A DNA stretch of 64,000 nucleotides from Nitrosopumilus sp. (GTDB lineage: Archaea > Thermoproteota > Nitrososphaeria > Nitrososphaerales > Nitrosopumilaceae): NCBI GenBank assembly GCA_965207445.1, contig CBDBLX010000002.1, positions 2,391,849 to 2,455,848 on the forward strand, given 5' to 3'. The position numbers and the translations under genes were made by a program. Shown piece after piece: positions 31,450 to 41,631 of this stretch (position 1 is its first letter; the number at the start of each line of letters is the position of its first letter). Under the pieces are notes generated by a model. It searched no databases and was not told where the DNA came from. It saw nothing but the letters and a program-made list of their open reading frames with translations.

Positions 31450-31869
31450 TCACAACATACGAATTTTTGCAAGTTCACCATCTATTTGTAGTACAGCTTC
31501 GACGGCACGCTGAGCAACAGGCCGTATACGTGCAAGCGCGTGTTGTTCTTGCATTCCTGGACCCGTCACACCAAGTGACACTGGCTTGCCATATTTGACA
31601 GATAACTCCGATAGTATCCGCGCAGTAGAGTGTCCTATCACCTCATCGTGTTTTGTCTGCCCCTTTATTATTGCTCCAAGTGTCACTATACCATCGACAT
31701 CATCTTTACGTAATAATGCATCCACAACAACTGGCATATCAAATGAACCCGGGACCCATGATGTATGCACCACATTAAGATTTAGTGATGCGGCGTGTTC
31801 TTTTGCCACATCATACATGCGTGACGTTACATCATAATTGAACTTTGCAGATACAATAGCGATTCTCAT
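31450..31869 (-). CDS. ribH: 6,7-dimethyl-8-ribityllumazine synthase
   Basis: IAIVSAKFN, VPGSFDMP, LGAIIKGQTKH, KPVSLGV. Confidence 0.95.
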   Translation of the reverse strand: MRIAIVSAKFNYDVTSRMYDVAKEHAASLNLNVVHTSWVPGSFDMPVVVDALLRKDDVDGIVTLGAIIKGQTKHDEVIGHSTARILSELSVKYGKPVSLGVTGPGMQEQHALARIRPVAQRAVEAVLQIDGELAKIRML

Positions 31870-32541
31870 CTAGTGCACCTTGGCATATTCTAATAACTCT
31901 GCAGAGTCTATCAGAGGTATTCCATGCTCAGATGCAAACTCTGATGCTTTTTGAACAGATAGAGCAGTATATGTTTGAGCATCAAGCATCTCGCACATAG
32001 CCATTACAGGTCGCAAACCTGCTGTTTTTGCAAGATATATAGACATCTCAGTGTGACCTTGTCTCTCCTCAAACAACCGTTTAGATGCAATTAGTAAAGG
32101 AACATGACCAGGTGTGTGAAATGATCGTGCAAATGCACGTGCCATGTTTGACTCATCATATATGGTAACGATCTCAGATATAGTAGTAGATCGATCTCTA
32201 TCGGTAATACCAGTATAGGTATGTCGAGAATTAACAGATATCGAAAAAGAGGAACGATCCCCGTATGGTGCAAGTCCCATTATCATAGACTTGTCACAGT
32301 GCATAGTATCAGAGTTTGCAAGTATATCATGCATGTATGGTAATCCAACAGATTCTGCAAACGCATAATCCACTGCAACACATAACAATCCACCGGCACT
32401 CTGGCGCATTCGAGCCACATGTTCCGGACTCGTCATTGCAGCATAAGATACCATATCTACTTCATCTTCTCTACCCTCAGAGTCATGCAATAAAATAAAC
32501 TCACCTCGTCTCAAGGATTCAAGTGCATCTTCAAGTGCCAT
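31870..32541 (-). CDS. ribB: 3,4-dihydroxy-2-butanone 4-phosphate synthase
   Basis: DSEGREDEVD, TGITDRDR, PGHV, RQGHTE, CEML. Confidence 0.95.
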   Translation of the reverse strand: MALEDALESLRRGEFILLHDSEGREDEVDMVSYAAMTSPEHVARMRQSAGGLLCVAVDYAFAESVGLPYMHDILANSDTMHCDKSMIMGLAPYGDRSSFSISVNSRHTYTGITDRDRSTTISEIVTIYDESNMARAFARSFHTPGHVPLLIASKRLFEERQGHTEMSIYLAKTAGLRPVMAMCEMLDAQTYTALSVQKASEFASEHGIPLIDSAELLEYAKVH

Positions 32542-32615
32542 GTAAAAAATACACGACATATTCGGATTATAAAGTTTACCAGTATGGTGGTAATTACCCA
32601 CATATGGGTACAAAT

Positions 32616-33200
32616 TCAATTTAGAATGTATTTGCCAAGAATGTCAACTTCAATGTTAAGTTTGTCACCGACTTTTTTGGTAGAGAGATTTGTCATCTGG
32701 ATGGTATGAGGAATAAGTGAGATGGATACACGACGTCCCCTTACAGATACAACAGTAAGACTTATGCCATCAAGTGTGATAGAGCCTTTCTCAAGTACGT
32801 ATTTTGTGAGACGTTTAGGAATCTCAATGTGCAATCTCACTTCTTTTGATCGTTTCTGAATTTTGGTTATAGTGGCCTTGCCATCCACATGGCCTAACAC
32901 AAAATGTCCTTCTAGTCTGTCACCTATCTTTAAACTACGCTCTACATTCAACACACTTCCAACACCCAAGCTTCCAAAACTAGTCTTTTTGATAGTCTCC
33001 TCAACAAGCTCAAACGTACACTCAGAGCCATTGATGTCTACTGCAGTAAGACAAACTCCATTTAACGCAACGCTTTGCCCTTCTTTGAGTCCTTTGGGCT
33101 CTTGTGACAAGTCAACTATAATTTTAGCTGCGCTGCGATTTCTAGTAGTAAAAATCACACTCTTGATTACACCCGTATGTTCTATTATTCCTGTAAACAT
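32616..33200 (-). CDS. ribE: Riboflavin synthase (bacterial alpha-type)
   Basis: MFTGIIE, SVALNGVCLT, GHFVLGHVD, KGSITLDGISLT. Confidence 0.95.
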   Translation of the reverse strand: MFTGIIEHTGVIKSVIFTTRNRSAAKIIVDLSQEPKGLKEGQSVALNGVCLTAVDINGSECTFELVEETIKKTSFGSLGVGSVLNVERSLKIGDRLEGHFVLGHVDGKATITKIQKRSKEVRLHIEIPKRLTKYVLEKGSITLDGISLTVVSVRGRRVSISLIPHTIQMTNLSTKKVGDKLNIEVDILGKYILN

Positions 33201-33505
33201 TAATGTCACATAAATTACACATAGTACGATAATTAAATGCTAAGTACAAAACAAATATTGTGTGAAAAACATTCTGCCAAGTTTTAATAATACAAACAAC
33301 ATATGATTGGGCAAAATATTCGTGTTTTTACAAACAATCAGATTTAACATGCACAGAGAACAATATGAATATTTTTCAAAATAATTACTTGTATAAGAAT
33401 ACACGCCATTGCATCAAAATTATGAAATCTGTTTGAGTACATTTTGTCCATAACTGTTAAACTAAAATGCCATAGCACAACTGCCAACTTTTTACAACAA
33501 ATAGA

Positions 33506-34237
33506 TCAAGAGTTGGAGTCATGTTGTGCTAAAATATCAGAATATTCGTTGTCACAGAATTGATGAAATACAGTACAGTTGTTGTGTTGAGCATCATCTA
33601 TGATCTGTGCCATGTCACGATCACGTACACCTTGTGCTGCTAAAAACGCATGGTCATCTTTTTTTAGCATTGTGAATAAACCAGAGCGAATAAATGCAAT
33701 GCGTTTTTTGGTATCAAGAGTCAAAGAGTCAGCATCATATATACGATCAAAAATTAATAATGCATCCTCATATCGCGTCAGTTCCATCAGTGAAAGTCCC
33801 TTGTCAAATAGAACAGTTTCATTATTAGGAGATATGTCAAGTGCTTTATCATAATAGGGTAGAGATTCGGCGTGACGTTGGAGCTTTGCAAGGGCAAATC
33901 CCATTACGGTAAGAGCTGTGACATCACGAGGGTTTGACTTTAAAATATGCCCACATGTTTCCATGGTATTTTCATTTTGATCCAGAGCCTCCAATGCATA
34001 GAGTTTAACTTTTAGTGCAAACTCATCAAATCCACGTAAATGCAACACCTTGTCACAGTACGGGATAGCCTCATCGTATCGTTCAAGAGAGATTAATGCA
34101 AGTGAAACATTTTGTAGAGCAGTCATATTGTCAGGATCCTTTGCAAGAATATCAGTACAATATTTGTACATTTTGTCATATTTATGTGACTTGTACAATG
34201 AATCAAGTATGATTTTCAGATCAAATGAATTTATCAT
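33506..34237 (-). CDS. TPR-repeat protein
   Basis: Repeated AL..L.RYDEAI.YCDK.L-type TPR motifs. Confidence 0.85.
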   Translation of the reverse strand: MINSFDLKIILDSLYKSHKYDKMYKYCTDILAKDPDNMTALQNVSLALISLERYDEAIPYCDKVLHLRGFDEFALKVKLYALEALDQNENTMETCGHILKSNPRDVTALTVMGFALAKLQRHAESLPYYDKALDISPNNETVLFDKGLSLMELTRYEDALLIFDRIYDADSLTLDTKKRIAFIRSGLFTMLKKDDHAFLAAQGVRDRDMAQIIDDAQHNNCTVFHQFCDNEYSDILAQHDSNS

Positions 34238-34311
34238 AATTACATGTAAAATAAATTATAAATTAAGTTATTGCTAAAAGCAAAAAAAAATGCTATTACC
34301 AAGAGTCTTAA

Positions 34312-35190
34312 TCAGTCACGGACAATAATATCCAATACGGCTTTTGCTTGTTTATAGTGTACCTCATCGACCATCTTTCCATTTATTGTAATGGCACCTC
34401 TGCCTTGTTGAGTTGATTGGGGATAAATCGATACAACTTTTTTTGCCCATGATATCTCCGATGCGCTTGGATGAAACATATTATGCACCATATCGATCTG
34501 ATCTGGATGTATAACGCTCTTGCCTGCATATCCAAGTGACTTGCCAAGTAAGCAATCTTGCTCCAAACCTTTTTGATCGTTTAAATCCTGCCATATACCA
34601 TCAATAGAATTAACCCGTGCGGCGCGTGCATCAAGTGCCACACGTGCGCGTGCATATCTAGCAGCATCAGAACATGCAGAGTATTCAATTCCCATGTCTG
34701 CTAACAGATCAAACACACCAAATATGATACAATCGATTCTAGAGTGTTTGCCACCTGATGATGCAATTTCATACGTATTCACTACACCTTGTGCAGACTC
34801 AATAGATGGTATTATACCAACTGACTCGAGTCGTCGTTGTTGTTCTAAATCTTCGATAATTTTTATAATCTTGTAAAGTTGAGTCGTATTATCGAGTTTT
34901 GGAATTACAACTCCATCAATACCCTTGCGTATTATTGCGTTTAAGTCATCAGGTACCAATCCAGAGTCAGGGGAGTTTGTACGAGCATATACAGCAGTGT
35001 TTGGACTATATTGATCTCGCTCTTTGAGTGCTTGCTGTATCATCTGCCTTGCAGTATCTTTTTGATCAAAAGGTACAGAGTCTTCTAAATCAAAACAGAT
35101 TATATCGGCTTTGAGTTTTTGTGACTTTGTTATAAAACGTTGATTATTTCCTGGAACAAAAAATAAACTGCGAAATAGCAGTGGTGGCAG
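34312..35190 (-). CDS. CitE/HpcH-family CoA-ester lyase (probable CTG start)
   Basis: Frame extends upstream of the listed ORF through RSLFFVPG...DLEDSV; PK, IESAQG, GYAGKSVIHPDQI, GKMVD. Confidence 0.9.
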   Translation of the reverse strand: MPPLLFRSLFFVPGNNQRFITKSQKLKADIICFDLEDSVPFDQKDTARQMIQQALKERDQYSPNTAVYARTNSPDSGLVPDDLNAIIRKGIDGVVIPKLDNTTQLYKIIKIIEDLEQQRRLESVGIIPSIESAQGVVNTYEIASSGGKHSRIDCIIFGVFDLLADMGIEYSACSDAARYARARVALDARAARVNSIDGIWQDLNDQKGLEQDCLLGKSLGYAGKSVIHPDQIDMVHNMFHPSASEISWAKKVVSIYPQSTQQGRGAITINGKMVDEVHYKQAKAVLDIIVRD

Positions 35191-35196
35191 ATCTGA

Positions 35197-36273
35197 TCAA
35201 CCCTGTGACTTTAGGAGAATCTTTCCAAAGAGTCCCTTGCCAGTAAGCATCTTTGTATGTGCTTCTGCTGCTTGTTCATATGCATATACAGAGTCTATCT
35301 GAGATTTTATCTTTCCCTGCCCCATCCAATACAAGCCTTGGTCAAGTTCTGCTTTGGTACCTTGTGTAGATCCCAAAATATTGGTTCCTTTGAAGAAGAT
35401 ATGTCGCAAATCAGTCATTGCATCATATCCAGTAGTAGCTCCACACGTGACCAATGATGCACCATACTTTAACAATGTAAGTTGTTTGTTCCAATGAGTC
35501 TGTCCAATATGATCAAAAGACAGATCAATGCCAGGTGCCTCACCTTTGCGCTTTGCAATGTCCTTTGTGATAGAACGGACTTCCTTGTGCCAATCATCTT
35601 TACGGTGATCAACTGCATAGTCTGCTCCGAGTTTTAGACATTTGTCAAGCTTGTCTGGGCTAGCAGTAGCTATAACATCACAATTGTATAGTTTTGCAAT
35701 CTGGATTCCAAAGCTTCCTACTCCAGAACCGCCGCCCATTATCAGAACAGTCTGTCCAGGAGTTATCTTGGCTCTACCCACTAACATGTGCCATGCAGTC
35801 AACAAGGTCATCGATGATGCGGCAGCCTCATCATATGACACACCTTCAGGAATTTTAGACACATTGACCTCTGGAAGGTGTGTGACTTCTTGATAAGCAC
35901 CCCACATGGGACCAGTTTGGAAACCCCATATAGTACGTCGTGTGCAGTCATATTCACGACCTTCAAGACACGCCTTGCATATCCTACAGGCCATATTTGA
36001 ATGAGATACAACGCGATCACCTACTTTGATATCTAAAACGTCCTCACCTACGGCAATAACGTCACCTGCTGCATCAGAACCAGACACATGTGGCAACGGA
36101 ACAGCAACTGGTTGTCCACGCATACCCCAAATATCATTATAGTTTAGTGCAGATGACTTTACCTCAAATATGACTTCACTTGGTTTTGGTTTTGGCTCAT
36201 CAATGTCTTTTACCTTTAGTATTCGTGCATAGTTGTCATCAGGAGCATATTCTTCATACACTACAGCTTTCAT
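35197..36273 (-). CDS. Zn-dependent medium-chain dehydrogenase/reductase
   Basis: GSDAAG, CRICKAC...C structural Zn motif, GGGSGVG. Confidence 0.92.
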   Translation of the reverse strand: MKAVVYEEYAPDDNYARILKVKDIDEPKPKPSEVIFEVKSSALNYNDIWGMRGQPVAVPLPHVSGSDAAGDVIAVGEDVLDIKVGDRVVSHSNMACRICKACLEGREYDCTRRTIWGFQTGPMWGAYQEVTHLPEVNVSKIPEGVSYDEAAASSMTLLTAWHMLVGRAKITPGQTVLIMGGGSGVGSFGIQIAKLYNCDVIATASPDKLDKCLKLGADYAVDHRKDDWHKEVRSITKDIAKRKGEAPGIDLSFDHIGQTHWNKQLTLLKYGASLVTCGATTGYDAMTDLRHIFFKGTNILGSTQGTKAELDQGLYWMGQGKIKSQIDSVYAYEQAAEAHTKMLTGKGLFGKILLKSQG

Positions 36274-36542
36274 AAGCAAAGTCCTAAAAGACCTATAAAT
36301 ATATCTTAGTAACAAAATAAAAAATATATTTTAATTTCCATCGTCACACACCACAACAAGCATCAACAAAGAGAATTACCCACCACCACCATCATCATCA
36401 CCATCACCATCACCACCATATCACCGCAAAAATACATAACCCCACATGAATAATAAGTGACCAAATAATTAAAAAATAATATACAAAGCACTGGTAAGAT
36501 ATTGTTATTTGTTGAGTTTTAAGATACCATTACCGGTACATC

Positions 36543-36872
36543 TCAAATCCTGTTGATCTTAAAGTCACGTTTTGGTGGTCGTATAGAGTACAATAGTTGC
36601 CTAAGCTGTTCATCAGATATTTGCGATTGTAGTTGTCCTTGAGAAACCATGGCAATAAGTTGTTGCTCTACTAAGTTTGCAAGATCAGGCTTTACCATTT
36701 TGATATTGTTTAGTCTCATCCTAGCATCAGGTGATAATATACGTCGAAGCATTTGTTCTTTTTGGGCATTTGCTTCTGCATTAAGATTAAATGAACTGTC
36801 AGTGCCATCACCACCACTACTACTATTATTATTATTTATGCCAACAGAGTCGTCAGGTTCTGGAAAGTCCAT
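36543..36872 (-). CDS. PDCD5-like DNA-binding protein
   Basis: LRRILSPDARMRL.NIKMVKP.LA..VE. Confidence 0.92.
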   Translation of the reverse strand: MDFPEPDDSVGINNNNSSSGGDGTDSSFNLNAEANAQKEQMLRRILSPDARMRLNNIKMVKPDLANLVEQQLIAMVSQGQLQSQISDEQLRQLLYSIRPPKRDFKINRI

Positions 36873-36879
36873 TTCAGAT

Positions 36880-37332
36880 CTATGTGTATATTCGTAGTTG
36901 TGGATTCTCTTTGATCATCTCAGATAGTATACTAGATGCAAGCACATCAAGTTTCTTCATGCCATCTTTTGATATAATTCGACCATTCTTTGTAAATTTT
37001 TGAATATAACCGAGTCGCTCAAGTTCATGCACAGCGTTACGGATGATTGCACCGCCAGCATAACGATGGTGCGCCGCTCCATAACCAGATGGTTTGCCAC
37101 CTCCATACTCGCTTCTCAATCCATTAATTCCGATTGGTCCATGAAGGTAAATCTTTCGTAAAATTGATGCACATCTCACATACCACCAATCCCTATTCTG
37201 TGGCGGTTTATCTGCATGAGACCCCGTCTTTACAAATGGAATCCAAACAGGTTCTTTGATACCCTCTTGCTTTAGTGTATCAGCTAGTCTATCAATTAGC
37301 ACATCAGCAGGTACATCATATGCTTTGGCCAT
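36880..37332 (-). CDS. rps19e: 30S ribosomal protein S19e
   Basis: FVKTG, WWYVRCASILRKIY, GPIG, GAIIRN. Confidence 0.97.
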   Translation of the reverse strand: MAKAYDVPADVLIDRLADTLKQEGIKEPVWIPFVKTGSHADKPPQNRDWWYVRCASILRKIYLHGPIGINGLRSEYGGGKPSGYGAAHHRYAGGAIIRNAVHELERLGYIQKFTKNGRIISKDGMKKLDVLASSILSEMIKENPQLRIYT

Positions 37333-37480
37333 GTTGATGAGAACGTCAGAGTCGCTTTATAAACCATTGAAGTCAGCGACGAATTAAACTGAATTGATTG
37401 ACTCACGGGGTTCAATACATTCAGGATACTAAAAGGTCAACGACAAGCTAAACTGAATGTGTATTAAAATCTCCAGTACA

Positions 37481-37795
37481 TCAATTCAACATCTTACGAT
37501 ACACAAATCCACACAAATGGCACGTTGTTCTAATAGAACGAATATTGGATCCTCCAATTCTCACATGTGACGAAACACCAGGTACAATAAATGATTTACA
37601 ACATCGACAAAAAAGCATGCGTAGATGATACGGCATACGTATGCGATGCCTAGAGCACAATCGTAGCGCAATGTATGCTTGTTTTGATGCAAGTGTAGGA
37701 TTTGACTTTGCATTTGAGATAGCGATATTGATGAGAATGTTCATTCGTTTGTATAAAACGATCCGGCGTTGCAGTGCCTTTTTTCTTCCCATCAT
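37481..37795 (-). CDS. rnp4: RNase P protein Rpp21
   Basis: RM..L, FCRCC...VPG...RI, CHLCG..YR. Confidence 0.88.
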   Translation of the reverse strand: MMGRKKALQRRIVLYKRMNILINIAISNAKSNPTLASKQAYIALRLCSRHRIRMPYHLRMLFCRCCKSFIVPGVSSHVRIGGSNIRSIRTTCHLCGFVYRKMLN

Positions 37796-37837
37796 ATGCC
37801 TGCTATGTACAGTCATAAAAAATTCTTTTTGCATTAA

Positions 37838-37914
37838 TGGTGCAGTCAGCGGGATTCGAACCCGCGTTACGGGGTTGGAAACCCCGAATACTAACCAGGC
37901 TATACGATGACTGC
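37838..37914 (-). tRNA. tRNA-Gly(TCC) with encoded CCA
   Basis: Acceptor GCAGTCA/TGACTGC, anticodon arm CGGGG-TTTCCAA-CCCCG, T-loop GGTTCGAATCC, 3' ACCA. Confidence 0.96.
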
Positions 37915-37936
37915 AATATGCCAAATGTCATACGCC

Positions 37937-38662
37937 TTACATAAATGGCTTTATTTCATACTCGTACAAGAGTCGCGATATCACCACATGGGCCTCAAGT
38001 GAATGTGTGTCAACAGAGTACATCTCATGAAAATGAGTGGCAACAGTATTTGAAAAGTGTCCTTTTTGAAAACCACCCACAACAATTGCAACACCATCTG
38101 TCAAGTTATCTGCAACAGCTCTATAAGCGCAAGGCAGATCAGAGAGTAATCGTCCCTGTGATGAGAGTCCTATGACTTTGGAGAATTTTTTTTCAGATAC
38201 CAAGTCTGCAAATGTCTGATTTCGTTTCAGCTCAAGCAGTACATTACCAGAACAATCACCATCATGAGAAAAGGTTTTGTCAACAGTTATCAATCGCTTA
38301 CGATATAGAGTCTCAATCAAACCAACAAATCTATGATATGATTTTGGTATACGCACACTAGAACCAAAGTGTATCACATTATTATCAACAGTATGGACAT
38401 ATAAATTAAGATCGTTGTGTCTGTTGTATAATGGAGTTGATGTAGCCATAAGAATTGCAAGGTGGACAAGATCAGGCCTGCCACGCTTTTCAAAATTATC
38501 AAGGTTTTTCATAGCAGCATAATGCCAAGAATTGTCAAGTAATGTATAGGATGGATGTACTCTTGTTTTGCGCGCATGTGACTTTACAGAAGGGTGTCCA
38601 AATATTGTTTTAGGTATAATTTCTAGTGCAGATTCGGCCAAAATTAATGATATAGTCATCAT
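37937..38662 (-). CDS. nep1: Nep1/Emg1 rRNA pseudouridine N1-methyltransferase
   Basis: LAESALE, RGRPDLVH, RIPKSYHRF.GL, VGGFQKGHF. Confidence 0.93.
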   Translation of the reverse strand: MMTISLILAESALEIIPKTIFGHPSVKSHARKTRVHPSYTLLDNSWHYAAMKNLDNFEKRGRPDLVHLAILMATSTPLYNRHNDLNLYVHTVDNNVIHFGSSVRIPKSYHRFVGLIETLYRKRLITVDKTFSHDGDCSGNVLLELKRNQTFADLVSEKKFSKVIGLSSQGRLLSDLPCAYRAVADNLTDGVAIVVGGFQKGHFSNTVATHFHEMYSVDTHSLEAHVVISRLLYEYEIKPFM

Positions 38663-38922
38663 TTTTACTCGTAAAATATACTCTCTATATTTTGTACAAA
38701 TACAATATGCAGTTAATTCAATGTTTACTTTGGGTGATGATACTAGAGGTTGCGTGATGCAATTAATAATTTAGCACACACGCTAAAAAATAATCTACAT
38801 TGAATATTAAAGTAGTATTCCATATAACGTATGACATGTGTTCAATTACAATTTCATGATTATATCATACGTTGATAAATCAGCTACTAGTGACAACAGA
38901 TTACAATTCTCACAGATTAAAG

Positions 38923-41079
38923 TCAAGATGTATGTCGCGGAGCATGACATTTTGGACACTTTATGTCAAAATATTTTTCTTTATATCCACATTCAGGACA
39001 GATAAAAATGTCTTTTATGGGCATAAACGATGGTACTAGTATATACATTTTTTCAATTGCATCTTTAATACTAGCAGAATCATTTTCATCTTCGGGTATA
39101 TTCAACTCTATTTGTAACCCGGCACTGAGAGCTCGATTAATCTTGTTGCACATTGTGATCTGCGGGTTTTTGGCAACATAGTTTGAGATTTCAGATGCAT
39201 TAAATTTTAAACCTTGTTTGTAAGGCTTTGTATCAACATGACCTGTGCTATGTTTGCCATATCGTTTATTATCTAAATTGGCAAAGCGCTCTGCACCATC
39301 AGAGTCTGCAATACATATTGTAACAGGTTCTGGTCTATCCTTTGAAGTTGAGTTTCCCACAGATACAGCTTGACTTAGTATATTTTTAATTGACTCGTTA
39401 CCTTTACGATTATATGTAAATCCTAAAATATCAAATATAGTATCCTGAAATCCCACCAAATTAATAGTCAAAGAAGCATATGCATGTTGCATGCATTTTG
39501 TATGCTTTGCAATCATAGGGTTTAGTCCAGATCTCGTCGCATCAAATATCGCTTTTTTGCGTTGTAAGAGAGCATTGATCACATCATTTATCACCAAAAT
39601 CAAGCGTGCCACAAAGTACTCTGTATCACCTTTATCGACTTGGTAGGCCAAACTTGGTAAATTTATCGACACAGATTGCAACGCCATGGACATTATACTA
39701 TCAGCTTTGTTCAAGCTACCACCAACAACACCACGACTTGACACTTGTGGTTGTTTTGTAAAGAGTACACGACCACCAAGTAGTACAATCTCAGCGACAC
39801 GAGAAGATATTGATGCGATCGCTTCTTTTTCGCAATTTATGACAAGTCCTATACTTGGTTTTGGTGTTTGTTTCACGTATCGTGCATATGCATTAATTAT
39901 ACAATTTGTTGTTTTAGGATCGGAACTCAGATTGAGTCGTATTGATGTAAGTTTAGTGTCAAATTCACGAGATAGTCTTCCAGCAAGTGTGCTAGTGGGG
40001 GTATTTGTGACAGATCCAACCACTACAGATGAGGTCATAAATGCAAACAACAAACCCAATTCTATTTCAAGATCAGATTTATCTCCACATCTTTTAGCAA
40101 GTAGTTGTGGCAGGCCAGCCAAGACTAGCTCATTTGATGTCTCTTTTAACAACAATTGAATCATTAGAGAGAGTGAGGACATTACATCATAGATCTGTGT
40201 TGTCTTTGTAACCCTTGATGTGGTAGTGTGTTTGCCACCAATGTCCATACCATTATCAAGAATCTCTTTTATGTTGACAAAAAGTACATCAGGAAGAAAA
40301 GTCCACGTTGCAAGATTAGACAAATGGATAAAACCTTCCATATGTTTGTCTACTAAATCTTTTGGAAGTGTAGAAAACATCGTGTTTTCGGCAAAGACAT
40401 TTTTTCCTGCTGCAAGCAAGAGATCGTCCATGCCACCATCCACATTATTCAAATTATCAAACATTTGTTTGATATCATGCACAGGCATTCCAAAACGAAC
40501 ATACCTACTTCGATACTCTTCATGATTATTTGCAAGTAAGAAGAAATTTACTACATCTCTGATCAATGAACCTGTAATGTATGAAAGGTCATACTTGTGA
40601 ATATTGTTCTCAATCTTCTTTGCCATCTTATCTGCTAGTTCGTATGGCATGTCACTCTCTTTAACAAGTGATTGCAGTATCCGTTGTTTATTAAACTCAT
40701 CAATAGAAGAGTTTGACAATCTGACGCGTAACTTGCCACTTTCTACAAATGAGTGGGCCTCTATTCTATCTACAAGTTCTAAAACTAATTTCCCCTTGTT
40801 TGTTATATCATAACGACGCTCAGTTGTGTTTCTTTCAATTAGTCCCAAATCACTCAACCTGTGTAAATGATATGAAAATTTTCCACCATTTCTTTTAGTT
40901 TCAAATCCTGCTTCATCGCGAATACCAGTATATGTGGAAGGACCTTTGGAGTATAAAACTCGGATAATCTGAAGTCTACTTAGATTAGCCATCGAACTGA
41001 ATATTGAACGCATGTGTTTTTCAGCAGGTGTTGAGGGTGTTTTTTTTGGAGGCACAAAAACAATTTTTTTAGTACTCAT
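38923..41079 (-). CDS. ArsR-type wHTH + ATP-cone + degenerate class III ribonucleotide reductase-like domain + Zn ribbon
   Basis: GKFSYHL..L..LGLI HTH; VRLS.SSIDEFN..RI.SL ATP cone; H.EGFIH and VSINLP NrdD-like motifs; CPECG...CPKC; no RxxGY. Confidence 0.8.
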   Translation of the reverse strand: MSTKKIVFVPPKKTPSTPAEKHMRSIFSSMANLSRLQIIRVLYSKGPSTYTGIRDEAGFETKRNGGKFSYHLHRLSDLGLIERNTTERRYDITNKGKLVLELVDRIEAHSFVESGKLRVRLSNSSIDEFNKQRILQSLVKESDMPYELADKMAKKIENNIHKYDLSYITGSLIRDVVNFFLLANNHEEYRSRYVRFGMPVHDIKQMFDNLNNVDGGMDDLLLAAGKNVFAENTMFSTLPKDLVDKHMEGFIHLSNLATWTFLPDVLFVNIKEILDNGMDIGGKHTTTSRVTKTTQIYDVMSSLSLMIQLLLKETSNELVLAGLPQLLAKRCGDKSDLEIELGLLFAFMTSSVVVGSVTNTPTSTLAGRLSREFDTKLTSIRLNLSSDPKTTNCIINAYARYVKQTPKPSIGLVINCEKEAIASISSRVAEIVLLGGRVLFTKQPQVSSRGVVGGSLNKADSIMSMALQSVSINLPSLAYQVDKGDTEYFVARLILVINDVINALLQRKKAIFDATRSGLNPMIAKHTKCMQHAYASLTINLVGFQDTIFDILGFTYNRKGNESIKNILSQAVSVGNSTSKDRPEPVTICIADSDGAERFANLDNKRYGKHSTGHVDTKPYKQGLKFNASEISNYVAKNPQITMCNKINRALSAGLQIELNIPEDENDSASIKDAIEKMYILVPSFMPIKDIFICPECGYKEKYFDIKCPKCHAPRHTS

Positions 41080-41264
41080 CCAAAATTAATTTTAAAATCC
41101 ACTAAATAAAATTTATGGCATTAAAAATTTGCCAAAATATATACTTACAAACCAATACACATGTCAATATTGATCATATAATATTTGCTTTTGATTTACA
41201 AAGTATATTTTGAGCAATAAGTTTAGATTTTTAAATTAAAAATGTGAATATAAAAAATATACCA

Positions 41265-41627
41265 CTAGTCAACATCTGTATTGACTATCTCCAGTGAATT
41301 CAACACAAAACGGTATATTGCCTTCATATCAACATTTTGTTCACTTTGTAGATACTTTACTGTCTTTCTACTCAACGGAGCCTTGTGCTGTTCGAAAATA
41401 AAATGATAGACGGTTCCCTTTTCCAATGTATTCATCTTGATGTCATCTCCAATGTCAACTGTTACGATATGTCTGCCATCCTCAACAGGTGCAAACAACT
41501 CTATGTCAGCCTTGCTATCTTTCTCATAGATCTCTAGTATGTAACCCGTACCATCTAGCGACGTGGTACTTTTGAACTTTGCATTTTGAATATCACCTAC
41601 TACCCAATCAGGTAAATCATCAGTCAT
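41265..41627 (-). CDS. Conserved hypothetical protein
   Basis: Clean 120-aa ORF in tandem with the neighbouring gene. Confidence 0.65.
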   Translation of the reverse strand: MTDDLPDWVVGDIQNAKFKSTTSLDGTGYILEIYEKDSKADIELFAPVEDGRHIVTVDIGDDIKMNTLEKGTVYHFIFEQHKAPLSRKTVKYLQSEQNVDMKAIYRFVLNSLEIVNTDVD

Positions 41628-41631
41628 CTTC

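Noticed and set aside
37838..37914. tRNA as an integration site for the island
   Set aside because: No duplicated tRNA 3' end or integrase seen in the window
37796..37924. N-terminal extension of Rpp21 in the ORF track
   Set aside because: Runs through the tRNA-Gly gene
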